A stretch of 64,000 nucleotides of DNA from Octopus sinensis. Taxonomy: Eukaryota. The DNA is taken from positions 10,478,001-10,542,000 of the forward strand of contig NC_043022.1 of assembly GCF_006345805.1 (NCBI RefSeq). Direction: 5' to 3'. The translations under genes and the position numbers were made by a program. The stretch's first letter is position 1; each line of letters opens with the position of its first letter. The notes under the pieces are model-generated. The model was not told the origin of the DNA, searched no databases, and saw nothing but the letters and a program-made list of their open reading frames with translations. Below, piece after piece: positions 25,101 through 39,804 of the stretch.

Positions 25101-28100
25101 TGGCTTACCCGAGTGAACATTTGTGTACAGTCCTGTGGATTTGGCTGCCGGTTTGCCCTTAAGAAATATATATGTATATATTTTACCTGTGAAATCGAAG
25201 AATAAACTACTATTTATTGTTATTGAAGACAGACGGATTTTGGTTCCTTTTCTTCAACTTGTATGTGACAAGATAAGACCAGACACCCCTTCCAGTGTTC
25301 CTGAACTCTCATCTTGTTACAATTGTGTTGTCTTGAGTACGCAAGCACATCATAAAGTAGTGAGGTCGTTTTTGATCTTATAGAGCAAAAAGACATCTCA
25401 CAAGTAAAATACCCCGAGTGCCCTTTATAAAGTGATTAGCAACTACAGGCCCATCCTAGCCATAAAAACTACGTGTAATATGAATTGTACAAGTGAAACA
25501 GGATTTTCCAAGCCATCTAGGAGGACAATAACTTCTGAGAGTGACATCTTGTCCAGTCCACACCTGCAAGGAAAGCTAATCTTTATATATAAAAGTGAAG
25601 TTGTGTGAGTGTCTGTCTCCTACGATTTAGATTCCTAACTACTCCCACATTTTGCGGTGCAGTTTAACCAAAAGCGGGTATCTTATAGTCGTGATTCATA
25701 TCGAGCCCTTCTGGGTGTTAGCGCACATCTATGATGAGTCTACGATTTAAAAAAAAATTTACCATCATTTTTAATGCATTTTTTTTGCTATTATATAAGG
25801 GAAGTAACTCTCTAAAATGCTTATATAGTCATTTCCCGTACAAACCTGAGCAACACCAGGCGATACTGCTAGTGTAGAATAATAATAATGATGATACACC
25901 CTTAAAAATGATAAACTCTAAAGCAGCAGATCCCCAAAGACAATCATTTCTAAGACAAGGAGGAATATTGTTAATTCAGTAGTTAAGTAATCGTTTCTTT
26001 TATTTCTTTCACTTAAATAACACTCAAAGTAACTTTTTTTTTTTTTTTAAGCTTGATAAAAAAAACTATTTTCTAATCTGGTGATGTGCTACTTGGTTGA
26101 GATGAAACAGTAGAACTTATTCTCACTTACAGTCACTATATTTTAAGCTTATTTTATTTATAGCTTCAATATGAAGATCTGATTGAAAGTTACAGACAAG
26201 AAAAAGAGAAACTTGATAAAATGTTGGAAGAAAATAGTTCATCTGAAGGTTAGTATACCTTTTTCTATAATAACTATAATTGATAAAAGAAAGATGTTTC
26301 TAAAACTAAATTTTGTAGCCAAAAGCATGGGTCAGCAAGAATTAGTTGAGGTACCATCATCATATAAGCAGTATTCTTCGTCTTCTGAGACAACATGTCT
26401 GGTTGAAGGGAAATATCAACTTACTTGAAAACATGTGAGGAGTGACAAGAGGAAATGTCTTCAATAAACCTTGACCCTGCAGTCATAATAATAATAATAA
26501 TAATGAAATTATTGTATACATTGCTCAGGTGCACCACGACTTGTCAGAGTATAAAGTATATGCAGTAATGTACAAATGTCTGGAAAGCGAAAAATGTATG
26601 AGTCAGATACATGCTTGCGTGTGTATGGAGGGGAGAAAATCAGGTGTAGTGTTGGTGAATCTCAGAAAGCGTGGAAGTTTTGAAGGATGCAGTGCTCCGA
26701 CAACTAACAATTGATGCCAGCAGTTTGTTCCATGCTTCAGCAACTCTCAGCGTGAAAAAATGTTTCCTAAAATCATGGGAGCTGTGCTGTTTTCTGACTT
26801 TGTAAATATGTCCACGGGTGTTAGACGGGTGGAGTTTGAAAGTTGCTCAGAGTTATTGGGATATTAAAATGATATTAATGTGCCACGTTTCAATCTTCTG
26901 CAAGACTCCATTGTACTCACTGCAGTGCAGTTGTTATGAGCTATTATTCAGAATATGTTGCATTGATTTTGTTAACATGTGATCAAAGACTTTGCTGCTG
27001 GCCATTACACTGACAGATAGACTGATATGTAGTTGATATTGCTAAATTATATTACATATTCTGATAGGTGGAGGCACATGGCCTAGTGGTTAGAGCAGTG
27101 GACTCGTGGTCGAGGGATTGCGGGTTCGAATCTCAGACCGGGTGATGTGTGTGTTTATGAGTGAAAACACCTAAGCTCCACGCGGCTCCGGTAGAAGTTA
27201 ATGGCGAACTTCTGCTGACTCTTTCGTCACTCTTTCCTCCTGCATCATGCAGCTCACCTGTGACGGACCGGCGTCCCGTCCAGGTGGGGAATCTATACGC
27301 CAAGAAACCGGGAAACCGGCCCTTATGAGCCAGGCGTGGCTCAAGAAGGAACAAACAGGTGCAGGCATGGCTGTGTGGTTAAGACGCTCTCTCTGCAACC
27401 ACCTGGTTTCAGGTTCAGTCCTACTGCACTGCACCTTGGGCAAGTGTCTTCTATTATAGCCCTGGGCTGACTAATGTCTTGTGAGTGAATTTAAAAGACA
27501 GAAAATGTGTGGATGCACATCATATATATTATGCTTGCGTTGGTTTGTTTACATCCCCATAACTTAGCAATTTTGACAAAAGAGATGGGCAGAATAAGTA
27601 ACAGATTTTAAGAATGTAAGTACTCGGGTTTGATTTGTTTGACTAAACTGTGAAAGGCTGTACTGCAGCTTGGCCACAGTCTGATGACTAAATCAAGTAA
27701 AAGATAAACTAAATAAACAGCCATTTTTGATAATATTACAGATTCTTAATCAAAATAAATAACTAAAAACCTTTGAACCTTTTTTCTTACCCTCTACCTC
27801 TCTTATCTTCAGATCCTGATCTGGTACTTATGAAGGAGAAATGGTCAAGTCATGAAAATGCTATGATGGAAGTCTTTGAGGAACTTTCTTCTGTGTCTCC
27901 TGATGACTATGAAGATATAATTGGTGACGATGACACTTCAGACAGGTAAGCCTATAGAAGTGGTAGGAATTTTATTAACCCTTATTGTGCGAGAATCCAG
28001 TATGCTCAGTTCCCGAGTGCTTCAGATAGAGGAAGTGAGTTAACACGTTTTTGATTGTGTGGTATTTTCTGGAATTCTCCACATTTCATATGATATAGTA

Positions 28101-28390
28101 TGAATATTTTATTTTTACTGGCCAATAGAAAGCAGTTGCAAGAACTGATTTGCATACGATTAGTGTGTTACATCCCTAACAAACATTTAATCAGTGCGGT
28201 GAGGGTTAATGTGTTGTTATCAGATTTTCAGGTGTAGCTGTGTGGTAAGAAGTTTGCTTCCCAACCGCATGGTTCCAGGTTCAGTCCCACTGCATGGCAG
28301 CATGGGCAGGTGTCTTCTACTATAACCTCAGGTCTACCAAAGCCTTGTGAGTGGATTTTGCAAACGAACACTGAAAGAAGCCTGCCATGC

Positions 28391-28421
<31 letters not shown>

Positions 28422-31400
28422 TGCGCGTGCATGCGCAAACATACCGTAGTGATTGGTTGTGGAGGTAGATGATAATAAGAGAGTAATGGATGTCAGTAAA
28501 AATTGACATAAGGAGGTAGGAGTGATGGTGTGCCGCACAGGAAGTATGGTACTGTAGCAAACTCTAGTGAGCTTCCTCTCTTGTATTATATACATACGAA
28601 CGTAGCCGGTAGCGGTTAACCTTTAGATGGTGTTTTGGACCCTGTTATGTCTACCACTCCGATTGCTTGGTATTGGTGCAATTTGTCTCCTACTCTATCG
28701 CGCGCCAATATGCAACCCAACCAATCGCAGCCTTCAAATAAGTCACATGAGACAGTCTGTTCCAAGCAAGAATTTGAGCCTACCACCAACTATAAAAGCT
28801 CACCTCTTTCTAGTCTCAATGTCAGTTAGTTCCAGACTTTCTAAGGTCTAACCACTGACCACATTGCAGCAACCTCCATCTTTATTGCCACCATGATGTC
28901 TCTCACCAACATCAACAACATCTACACAGCACCAACACACTGCATTGGTTCTAACACATCGCTGTTCGTAAGCTTCTCACCAGGGTTAACAGCTAACATA
29001 CAGCACACTCTGATGTATGTAGATATATGAACAAGTGTACATCAAACACTTCCATTCAGCTTGTATATATATATATATACACGTGTGACCACAATAAATG
29101 TCTCAAAAGTTATCACGTACTATACCAGATACCAACATATCTGATAAGAACTGCTTAGAAGAGTGAGGGCTGTAGAAAGATATGGTGAGAATTAATATAA
29201 TATCTTATTACTTGTGTGACATGGTGAAGGGAATAGGCATATACACATGTTTGCCTGTTTAGCTTGGTCAGAAGGACATTGGACTTTTATGTGTTACTTC
29301 ACAAATAATTTGAGTCACAGATTCCAATTCTTCTGCAGGCACACATATGCTTTTTAGGTACTGTCTGTATCATTTAAAAGCATGTGTTTTCAGGGTTAGC
29401 CCCACTGTGTGGAACTTTGGATAAATGTCGAATTTTTTCTAGCGGTATCATATGAAATTGTGACCCTAGTATCGATCTATTGCATTTCAATCTGTTTTAG
29501 GGTTAGGAGTGGGGGGAAGGGTATTTTTTTCTTCACAAATGTAAATAAACCCAATCTGTTTCTTAAACGAGGGACATATTCATCCCCATATGTCCGTTTT
29601 CCGTGCTAGCACGGGTTGGACGGTTCAACCGGGGTCTGGGAAGCCAGGAGGCTGCACCAGGCTCCGGTCTGATCTGGCAGTGTTTTTACAGCTGGATGCC
29701 CTTCTTAACGCCAACCACTCCGCGAGTGTAGTGGGTGCTTTTTACATGCCACTGGCACAGGTGCCAGGGGAGTCTGGCAATGGCCACGATAGGTTGGTGC
29801 TTTTAACGTGCCACCGGCACAGAAGCCAGTCAAGGTGGCGCTGGCATCAGTCACGTTCGGATGGTGCTTTTGACGTGCCACCGGCACGGAAGCCAGTCTG
29901 TATTGTAAATATAAACACAGTTTTTTATATAATTTCTTTTGCAACTGTATGTCTGCTATAACTTTATATGTCCATTTCTTACAGAATTATGAATACAATC
30001 GTTTCAACTATTGACGAGAAAGATTACAACAAGAGTCGTTTGTACTTGCTGGCTGCCAATACCATCTGGCCTGATGTGTTTGTGTTGGATTTGCCTCAGT
30101 CCGATGAGTATGTATTTTTTATTTCATATGTAAAGTCCCTCTAACTTTTAAGTTACCTCAAGTCCTTCTATGGCCTGCATAAGCACATCTTTTATCATCA
30201 TCATCATCATTTAATGTCTGTTGTCCATGTTGGCATGGGTTGGACGGTTTGACCGGGGCTGGTAAGCCGGAAGGCTGTAATGGGTGCTTTTACATGCCAT
30301 TTGCGTGACACCAGGGTGCATCTACATGCCACTGGCACGGGTGCCAATTTGTGTGGCACCAGTATCTGCCACGACTGCGATTTTGCACAGCTTGATGGGT
30401 CCTCTTCTCAAGCACAGCATATTGTGAAAAGGTCTTGGTCATTGCCTCCATGAGGCCCAACACTTGGAGGGAACTCAACCACCTCACCTCCATGAGGCAT
30501 AATGCTCAAAAAGACTGCTGCAACTTTGCTGCCGTCAGGCCTACCGCTCGAAAGGAACTCGGCCACTCGGCTCCGTCAGGTCCAACAATCAAAAGGAACT
30601 CAACCACCTCGCCTCCTTGAGGCCTAACACTCAAAAAGAACTCAACCACTTAGCCCCTATGAGGCTCAGCACTCATTTCAAAGTACAAATTTTCTTGTCG
30701 AGTACAAAGCCTGAAATGTGGCATAGGAGGCTATTCCATTACACCAACCCCAGCATTTAACTGGTACTTATTTTATCCATCCTGAAAGTATAACAAAGTC
30801 AACCATGGTGGAATTTGAACTCAGAACATAATGAACTGGGCGAAATTCTACTGAACATTTTGTCCAATGTGCTAATGACTCAACCAGCTTGCCATCTTTT
30901 GCTGTGCTTATACTGAGATTCTATTTAATCAGTTCTTTTGTTCTGTCACCAAAATAGATTCTATGTGAATTAAGTACTAGTGGCACTATGACCTGGCAAC
31001 GCCAGGTCATGGTACTAGTGCATGCATATACAGCTGCATGCATGCACACATACGTGCAAGTACAGTCCAAATCTCCGACCAATCACATACAGCTAGCTGG
31101 CATTCAATTGGCGTATCAAGTTTTGGGCATTTTGATTGGGTTTTGGATAGAAAATTCACAAAAAAGTCACTTCTATTGATTTTTTTAATCACTTTGCGGG
31201 GTGACTGGGGAAATGTAAAGATGTGCACGACAACCCTTGGACGGTTTTCAGTGACCATAGAAAGTGCGAGCCCTCTAACTGAAAAATTGTGGATTTGTAC
31301 AAAGGACACACACACACACACAGACATTTTGCATCTGATCGTGGCCGTTGCCAGCCTGGCCTGGCCTCCGTGCCGGTGGCATGTAAAAAGCACCATCCGA

Positions 31401-34400
31401 CCGTGGCCGTTTGCCAGCCTCATCTGGCACATAAAAAGCACCCACTACACTCATGGAGTGGTTGGCGTTAGGAAGGGCATCCAGCCGTAGAAACATTGCC
31501 AGATCAGACTGGGCCTGGTGCAGCCTTCTGGCTTCCCAGACCCCAGTTGTACCGTCCAACCCATGCCAGCATGGAAAGCGGACGCTAAACAATGATGATG
31601 ATGATGATGATAAATAGAGATAAACTGATAAGTAATAAAGTAATATGGGAAGAGCTGTGGGCTCAGCAAGCTGTAATATAGACAACCTGTCTGTTAGAGC
31701 AATGACTGAATTATTGATACAAAGCAGAAGGACTTCTTTAGTCTTGTCACAGGCAATCTCCCCTGTGACAATCACATGATAAAATACTCTGATCCATATT
31801 GTAAATTGGTTGGTGATAGGAAGGAGAACCAACTGTAAACCCATGGCAAAACTACAAAGTCATCATCATCATCATTTGAAATCCTATTTCTTTATTACCC
31901 ACAAGGGGCTAAATATAGAGGGGACAAACAAGGACAGACAATGGGATTAAGTCGATTATATCGACCCCAGTGTGTAACTGGTACTTATTTAATCGACCTC
32001 GAAAGGATGAAAGGCAAAGTCGACCTTGGTGGAATTTGAACTCAGAACGTCAAGGCAGACGAAATACCTTTTTTTTTTTTACAACCCACAAGGGGCTAAA
32101 CATAGAGGGGACAAACAAGGACAGACAATGGGATTAAGTCGATTATATCGACCCCAGTGTGTAACTGGTATTTATTTAATCGACCTCGAAAGGATGAAAG
32201 GCTAAGTCGACCTTGGCGGAATTTGAACTCAGAACGTAGCAGCAGACAAAACACTGCTAAGCATTTCGCCCGGCGTGCTTACGATTCTGCCAGCATCCAT
32301 TTTCCGTGGATGGTTTGACAGGAACTAGCAAGGCCAAGGACTGCTCCAGGTTCCATGGTCTATTTTGGCTTGGTTTCTGCAGCTGGAAGCCCTTCCTCAT
32401 GCCAGCCACTTTACAGTATGTACTGGGTGCTTTTTATGTGGTACCACCTCCTCCATGGGTACAAATATTGGCTGTTTTGTTTCTTTTGGTATGATGAGAT
32501 GCTTTAAAACCCATCCATGCCAGTATCATAAAAATGCATGTAAAATGGGGATAATGAACGATTTCTTATATTGGTATAGGGCTAAAGAAATGATGTACCA
32601 GAGTGGAGGATATAATTTGTTTCAATCGACTCTATCATCTCAGTGACTGATTCTTGCTTTGTTAAATCCTGTGGAAGGATAGGTCACTTTGAGTGAGTGT
32701 ATTCTACTGTGGTCTGAATTTGACCCAATACCTTAGTGGAATTTGGTCGGTGGAAACTATGTGTAAGGCCTGTCATATATGTATTTATGCCTTTCACCAT
32801 TGTACATCATCATCATCATTTAATGTACACTTTTCGGTTTGAACGGCAGTTTTTTCTAGCGGTATCATATGAAATTGTGACCCTAGTATCGATCTATTGC
32901 ATTTCAATCTGTTTTAGGGTTAGGGATGGGGGGGAAGGGTATCTTTTTTTCTTCAGAAATGTAAATAAACCCAATCTGTTTCTTAAATGAGGGATATATT
33001 CATACAGCACAGAATGTTTTTTACCTCATTGGACGTCATTGATTGGTTGAAATTGCAGAAATTGAAGAAAAAAATAACAAATATCTTACAAACTATAGAA
33101 TTTTCTCAATAAAGCCAAGAGAAAAAGATGTTTTATAAACACATTCTACCAGAATACGAAGTTTAAAAGTGTTTAGTTACGTGGAAGTTATGTTAAAAGC
33201 TGCCGTTCAAACCGAAAAGATCCCACTTTCCTTACTGGTATGGGTTTAATAGTTGGACAGGAGCCGTTGAGCCAGAAGACTGCACTGCACTCCAGTGTTC
33301 GCTTTAACATAGTTTCTATGTTTGGTTGCTCCTGCCTGGTGCCAACCACTTTACAAAGTGTACTGGGTACTTGTTACACGACACTGGCACTAGTCAAATC
33401 ACCAATTAACTCACAAGACAAGACTCCTAAACTGAGGAGGAGTATTTTATTGAGGAAGGAGACTTTACGTCAAGTGATAGAGGGACAGGAACAGGTACTT
33501 TACTGTAGATGAAGTAAATGTCATCAGTAGGCGTAGGAGTGGCTGTGTGGTAAGTAGCTTGCTTACAAACCACATGATTCCAGGTTCAGTCCCACTGCAT
33601 GGCACCTTAGGCAAGTGTCCTCTACTATAGTCTCGGGCCAACCAAAGCCTTGTGAGTGGGTTTGGTGGACGGAAACTGAAAGAAGCCTGTTGTATATATG
33701 TATAATATATATGTATGTGTGTGTCTGTGCTTGTACCCGCCAACATCGCTTAACAACCGATGCTGGTGTGTTTACGTCCCCGTAACTTAGCGGTTTAGCA
33801 AAAGAGACCGATAGAATAAGTACTAGGCTTACAAAGAATAAGTCCTGGGGTCGATTTGCTCGACTAAAGGTGGTGCTCCAGCATGGTCACAGTCAAATGA
33901 CTGAAACAAGTAAAAGTGTAAAAGAAATGCTTTTCAAATGAAGTGCTTTGTGATATTTGTGGAGGCACAATGGCCCAGTGGTTAGGGCAGCGGACTCGCG
34001 ATCATAGGATCGCGGTTTCGATTCCCAGACCGGGCATTGTGAGTGTTTATTGAGCGAAAACACTGAAAGCTCCACGAGGCTCCGGCAGGGATGGTGGTGA
34101 TCCCTGCTGTACTCTTTCACCACAACTTTCACTCACTCTTACTTCCTGTTTCTGTTGTACCTGTATTTCAAAGGGCCGGCCTTGTCACTCTCTCTATGTC
34201 ACGCTGAATATCCCCGAGTACTACGTTAAGGGTACACGTGTCTGTGGAGTGCTCAGCCACTTACACGTTAATTTCACGAGCAGGCTGTTCGGTTGATCGG
34301 ATCAACCGGAACCCTCGTCGTCATAACTGACGGAGTGCTTCCATTTGTGATATTTGTTCTCCATTGACTTCAGACACTCCCTTACCTGAATTATGTCTAA

Positions 34401-35577
34401 CCAGTGAGTGGTTTGTTAGAAACTTGCAACCAACAACATCATTGTTCATCAATTGCAATATAAAATATATAAATAACCAGTAACAGAGATTGAGTCCTTT
34501 ATTTTGAAATGCATGAAAGTTGTTTTTATATTGAACTAGCAGTATCGCCCGGGTTTGTAAGGGAAATAACTATATAAGCATTTTTAGAGAGTTATAGCCA
34601 AAAAATAGCAAAAAATGCATTAAAAATGGAAAAAATCTGATGGTAAATTTTTTTTTAAATCGTTGACTCATCGTAGACATTTTTAGAGAGTTGCTTCCCT
34701 TATATAATAGCGAAAAAATGCATTAAAATGGAAAAAAAACGATGGTAAATTTTTTTTTAAATCGTAGACTCATGTAGACGCTTCTTAGCCATTTCTGTTT
34801 TGGTGTCTTCAAGCCATGAAGTCGTTGTTCTAAAAGAACACTGGTCTCCTTGACAACGCATTACGACGTTGATTTCCTTACACTCCCTTCCCCACAGGTG
34901 CAGGTGTGAGCGTGGACGCCAACTCCGCCGCCATCGACACACGAAAAATTATGCATTAAAATGGAATAAAAATGATGTTAAATTATTTTTAAATCGTAGA
35001 CTCATCGTAGACGCGCGCTAATATTCAGACGGGCTCGATATGAATCACGACTATAAGCTACCCGAATTTGGTTAAACTGCACCGCAAAATGTGGGAGTAG
35101 TTAGGAATCTAAATCGAAGGGGACAGACACTCACACAACTACAGTTTTATATATATAGATATACATAGCGCAGTAGTGGTGAGATGTGACAGCAAAGAAA
35201 AGCATGCAATTAGACTCGGAAAGTTCGTGAGGAACCCATTGACCCAATTTGCTGACTTTTCCAATAGCACACAGGTCTCAATGAATGGTTGAATGACCAA
35301 ATCCAAGCTTCTCTGCTAGTTCCTCAACAGTTACGATGAGATTTTGTTCCACCAGGGTTTTCAGGATGTCCTTGTCGAGTTCTACAGATCTTTCAGGATG
35401 AGGCTCGTCTTCTAGGCTGTAGTTTATGGCTCGGGATTTCTGGAACCACCATTGACACTGCCTTACGCTTATTGTCCAATCCCCATATACTGCATTAATA
35501 TTTCTTGTACTTTGCACACATTTATATTCTGTTATTCTTTTATATGTTTCAGCCTTGAGGTTGTGGCCATGCTGGAT

Positions 35578-35613
<36 letters not shown>

Positions 35614-37630
35614 TATCTGTGTGTCTGTCTGTATGTATATATGTATATGTATGTGTGTGAACAATAATATTTTCAACAGATGTGTTGCAAATGTATCTGA
35701 TTGTTCTCAAGCTTCAATACTGTGTGTGTGTATGTGTGTGTGTGTGTATGTATGTATATGTATGTATGTATGTATGTATGTGTGTATGTGTGTGTGTATG
35801 TATGTATGTATGAGTGTATGTTTACTTTATTACTAACACAAGCCACTACGGTTATTTAATGTAAAGTCTTCCTCAAATCACTCTCTCTCTCGCTATTTAC
35901 TCTCTTCCAAGAACATTTTCACTCACTCTTAGCTCTTAGCTTCCCATACATTTTACTCATGTATCTATCAGCGTCATAGACAGAATACTTTCAGTTTAGT
36001 CTTCCTCAAATCACTGTGTCGCTATTTACTTTCATTTTATTCATTGCACACTGTGTGTGTGCGTTTGCGTGTGGTGTAAACCAGACTAAGAAAAGCATTT
36101 GACACACACACCAGAATGTGAGTTTTCTGTAAATTTTGCTTAATTGGAGTTTAAATTTTAAAAACTGGACCTGGCATGACGCGATGCATTCTACTCTTAA
36201 AAATACTAGGTAAATTGTAATTGAAGAAATCCTATATTGTAGATTTGTATAACTCCCAAAGGGAGGCAGATAAAATCTGCCTTTTATAATAAGAGATATC
36301 AACTAAGTGGTTTTCTTTTTTATTATCGTCTTTTCATTTAATATTTTGCAGTTCAAAAGAAACTAAAGATGAAAGTGATGTTCCTGTGGAAGTTGTTGTA
36401 AAAGGATTGAAAGATGTCTATTTAGGTGAGGAATCATCATCATCATCATCATCATCATCGTTTAGCGTCTGCTTTCCATGCTAGCATGGGTTGGACGGTT
36501 CAACTGGGGTCTGGGAAGCCAGAAGGCTGCACCAGGCCCAGTCTGATCTGGCAATGTTTCTATGGCTGGATGCCCTTCCTAACGCCAACCACTCCGTGAG
36601 TGTTGTGGGTGCTTTTTACGTGCCAGACGAGGCTGGCAAACGGCCACGATTGGATGGTGCTTTTTACGTGCCACTGGCACAAATCTGTGAAGGATTTATA
36701 TTTATATAGAATTAATTCTATTGTTGACTTAAAGATTCCCTTTGGTCATAAAGGACCATAGGATTGCCCCTAGAAAGTTCTCTTCCAAGGTACAGGTCCA
36801 AGCAAGGTTGTTTATGGAAGACCAGCAGTCACCCATGTATACCAGTCTCCCCTGTACATGCCACTGATGTTGTCCAACGGAAAGGTAAAGGCTGATACAG
36901 CTTGGCATCAGTGATGTCACTACTCATTTCTACAGCTGACTGAACTGCAGCAGCATGAAATAAAGTGTCTTGCTCAAGAACATGTAAGGGCCGTGCAATG
37001 TGAGGTGACGAGAATGGCTCTTTTGTACCACATCACACTGCCCTTACAATAAAGCAAAATTGAATGGAACAAATAAATGCCAGAAAGAGACACAACCGCA
37101 AAGAATGATTAAGAGAGCATTTATTGATATGTTAACATATATATGTGCTTGATATATACAGAATAATAGACAGGTCTTTATATTTAAACATATAAAGGGG
37201 TGCTGATAATTTCCTGATTTGAGTAAAAGAAAATACAGGAGGATCAGTTAATTATGATTTTATTGAACATATTCCCTTCTCAGATTCATACACTTACTGC
37301 AGCAGTCCTTCAGTTTTTCTAAGCCCTGTAAAAGAACTTGGAAGGTTAGGCCTCCAACCAGGCCTTTCATAATATCCTTGAAACCAGGAACTTTTCAGCA
37401 TCCACTTTTTCATACGAGCATGGGTACAACAGAACTTGGTGAGGAAGATTTTCTTTGACTGGATGCCCTTCCTGTCAACAATCCTCACCTGATTCTAATT
37501 AAGGTAATATTTCCCCATGACCAGACATGATTACACAGCAGATTAGAAAAAAAGCACATCACTTACATGGAGGCAACACTCGTTTACAATTGTCAAGAGT
37601 AGGAGACAATAAGATACATTTAATATGCAC

Positions 37631-37683
<53 letters not shown>

Positions 37684-39759
37684 AAATGAGAAAATGGAGA
37701 AATATATCTAAATCAATCATCAACTATCAGATAATACCGAATCATATACTTTATTAAAACACTACACAATAGCAATGAGATTAGACATTAATACAGTACA
37801 ATAATTACAAACAATATGGTGAGATATAACTAAATAAATATAACAAGATATAAAAATACATTTACATTATAACTGACAGCTGTTTCGGCCGTGAAGATAG
37901 GTATGTCTCATTTAACCTATTAGCCATATAATGCAGGTATAAATAAGACATTAACAAGAATATCTTACGGCCTCTTCGGAGATTCTAATGCAAACCCTAA
38001 AATAATTTACATATAAATATAAATATGTGTGCATACATACTCATATTCTTACATATATATACATATACACAATAATACAATATAAACAATATAAATCAAT
38101 ATACATCAACAAACACAATAATGTTCCATATTGAACTCCACAGCTCCTCAACCAACATCAAGAAACCACAACAGACACACTCACACTCAATGCAGGCATA
38201 TATATTAAACAGTTCAATATATTAAAATGTGTCACTTCACAAAAAGCCAATAAAGTTAATACCACCACCACGGTACCATCCAAGGCAAGTGGATATCTGC
38301 ATATATATGGAATCAGTTGAATTCCTCTGTTTGCATGGTATTAATTTTCACAGATGCATTCGATTGGCCTATACTTTTAAATTTGAATTACAATAGATAT
38401 TTTACAGTTAGTTAGCTAGGAAACATACACACGCGCACGCACATCCACAAAACGTGCGCACGTACAGACAGTCATATGTTTACACACACATACACACAGA
38501 CATACCCACATACACAACCAAATCATAAATAAATAACATAAGAGGTACTATCCCTCTATACATTAAGTGTTTACAAACAGATCCACTCACATATGTCCAT
38601 AAATCCGTAAATGCAATCTACATATAATTATACCTAGATGGAGAGTGTAATTTGTCATAAGGTACATAATTCATGTGACACCATATTTTTCGTAAACAAA
38701 ACATTTCAGAACCAAAATGTCCGCATCATCACCACTATGTTTCCATTCAAACATTCACTAAATTATAAAATATAGAATACCCGTTTATGTTTGTCTATCA
38801 AAAGACATAAAAATACATATATACTAAGTTAACAGAGGTTTATATTAATTAAATTATAAGAAATTAATTGTAAAAAGTCAAAATACGCTAATATTCTAAG
38901 ATATATAATCAAAATAACTCCTTATAACTTATACAGATAACTCCACTACGTAAGAAGTCTAGTATTATTACATTACTATTATATTCCTATTTAAACTCTC
39001 ACCAACGAACTAAGAGAATTATACTCACATCTACATATCCATATGTATACTTGTGTGTAACAACAAACATATATATACTATATACTTTCACATATGATGT
39101 GCATGTAAACATTCGTAGTACTTATATATATATATTTTTAAGTATCAGTGGACACATAAATACATATATAATAATTAACAGGATTTAGCATTAAATAATA
39201 TCAGTGGACGTATAAATACATATATAGTAATTAACAGGACTTACCAATAAATAGTATATAAGTAAATAATTATAAATTAAATTAATTATAAGTTAATAAT
39301 TGTTATTACTTAAAAATAAAATGTAATAAAATAAAATAAGATGAAATAATTAAAAATAAAAATGAAAATATAAGTAAAAACATGTATACATATATATATA
39401 TTTTTAATAAATAATGGATATGTATGTATATATCTACATATAAATAAATAGATAAATACCATAAAATATATATATAACTTAAATTAGAGGTTAAACCACT
39501 GTTAGGTAACTCAAACAGTGATAGTCATAAACCAAAACATAAAAACAATAAATAAATATAATTAATATAATATACAAAATATATATAAAATTTAAATTAT
39601 TAAAATTTGAAATTTTAAAATTTATATTTATAAATTTTAATATTTTTAAACTTTTAATTTAAAAAAAAAAACAAACAAACCAATCATGGCTATAATTAAA
39701 TTTGAATTACAATTAAGTTTCAATTCAATTAAAAATTCGAATTAAAATTATAGTCAATC

Positions 39760-39804
<45 letters not shown>

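Noticed and set aside
28445-29093. Possible degenerate solo LTR, or the ORFs at 28627-28851
   Set aside because: Termini (cgtag../..ccaca) and TSD (atac/ataa) are imperfect and the peptides are unrecognisable; support is insufficient.
36983-37048. Small TGTAAGGGC...GCCCTTACA hairpin as pre-miRNA or mini-LTR
   Set aside because: Single short instance with no TSD or other support.
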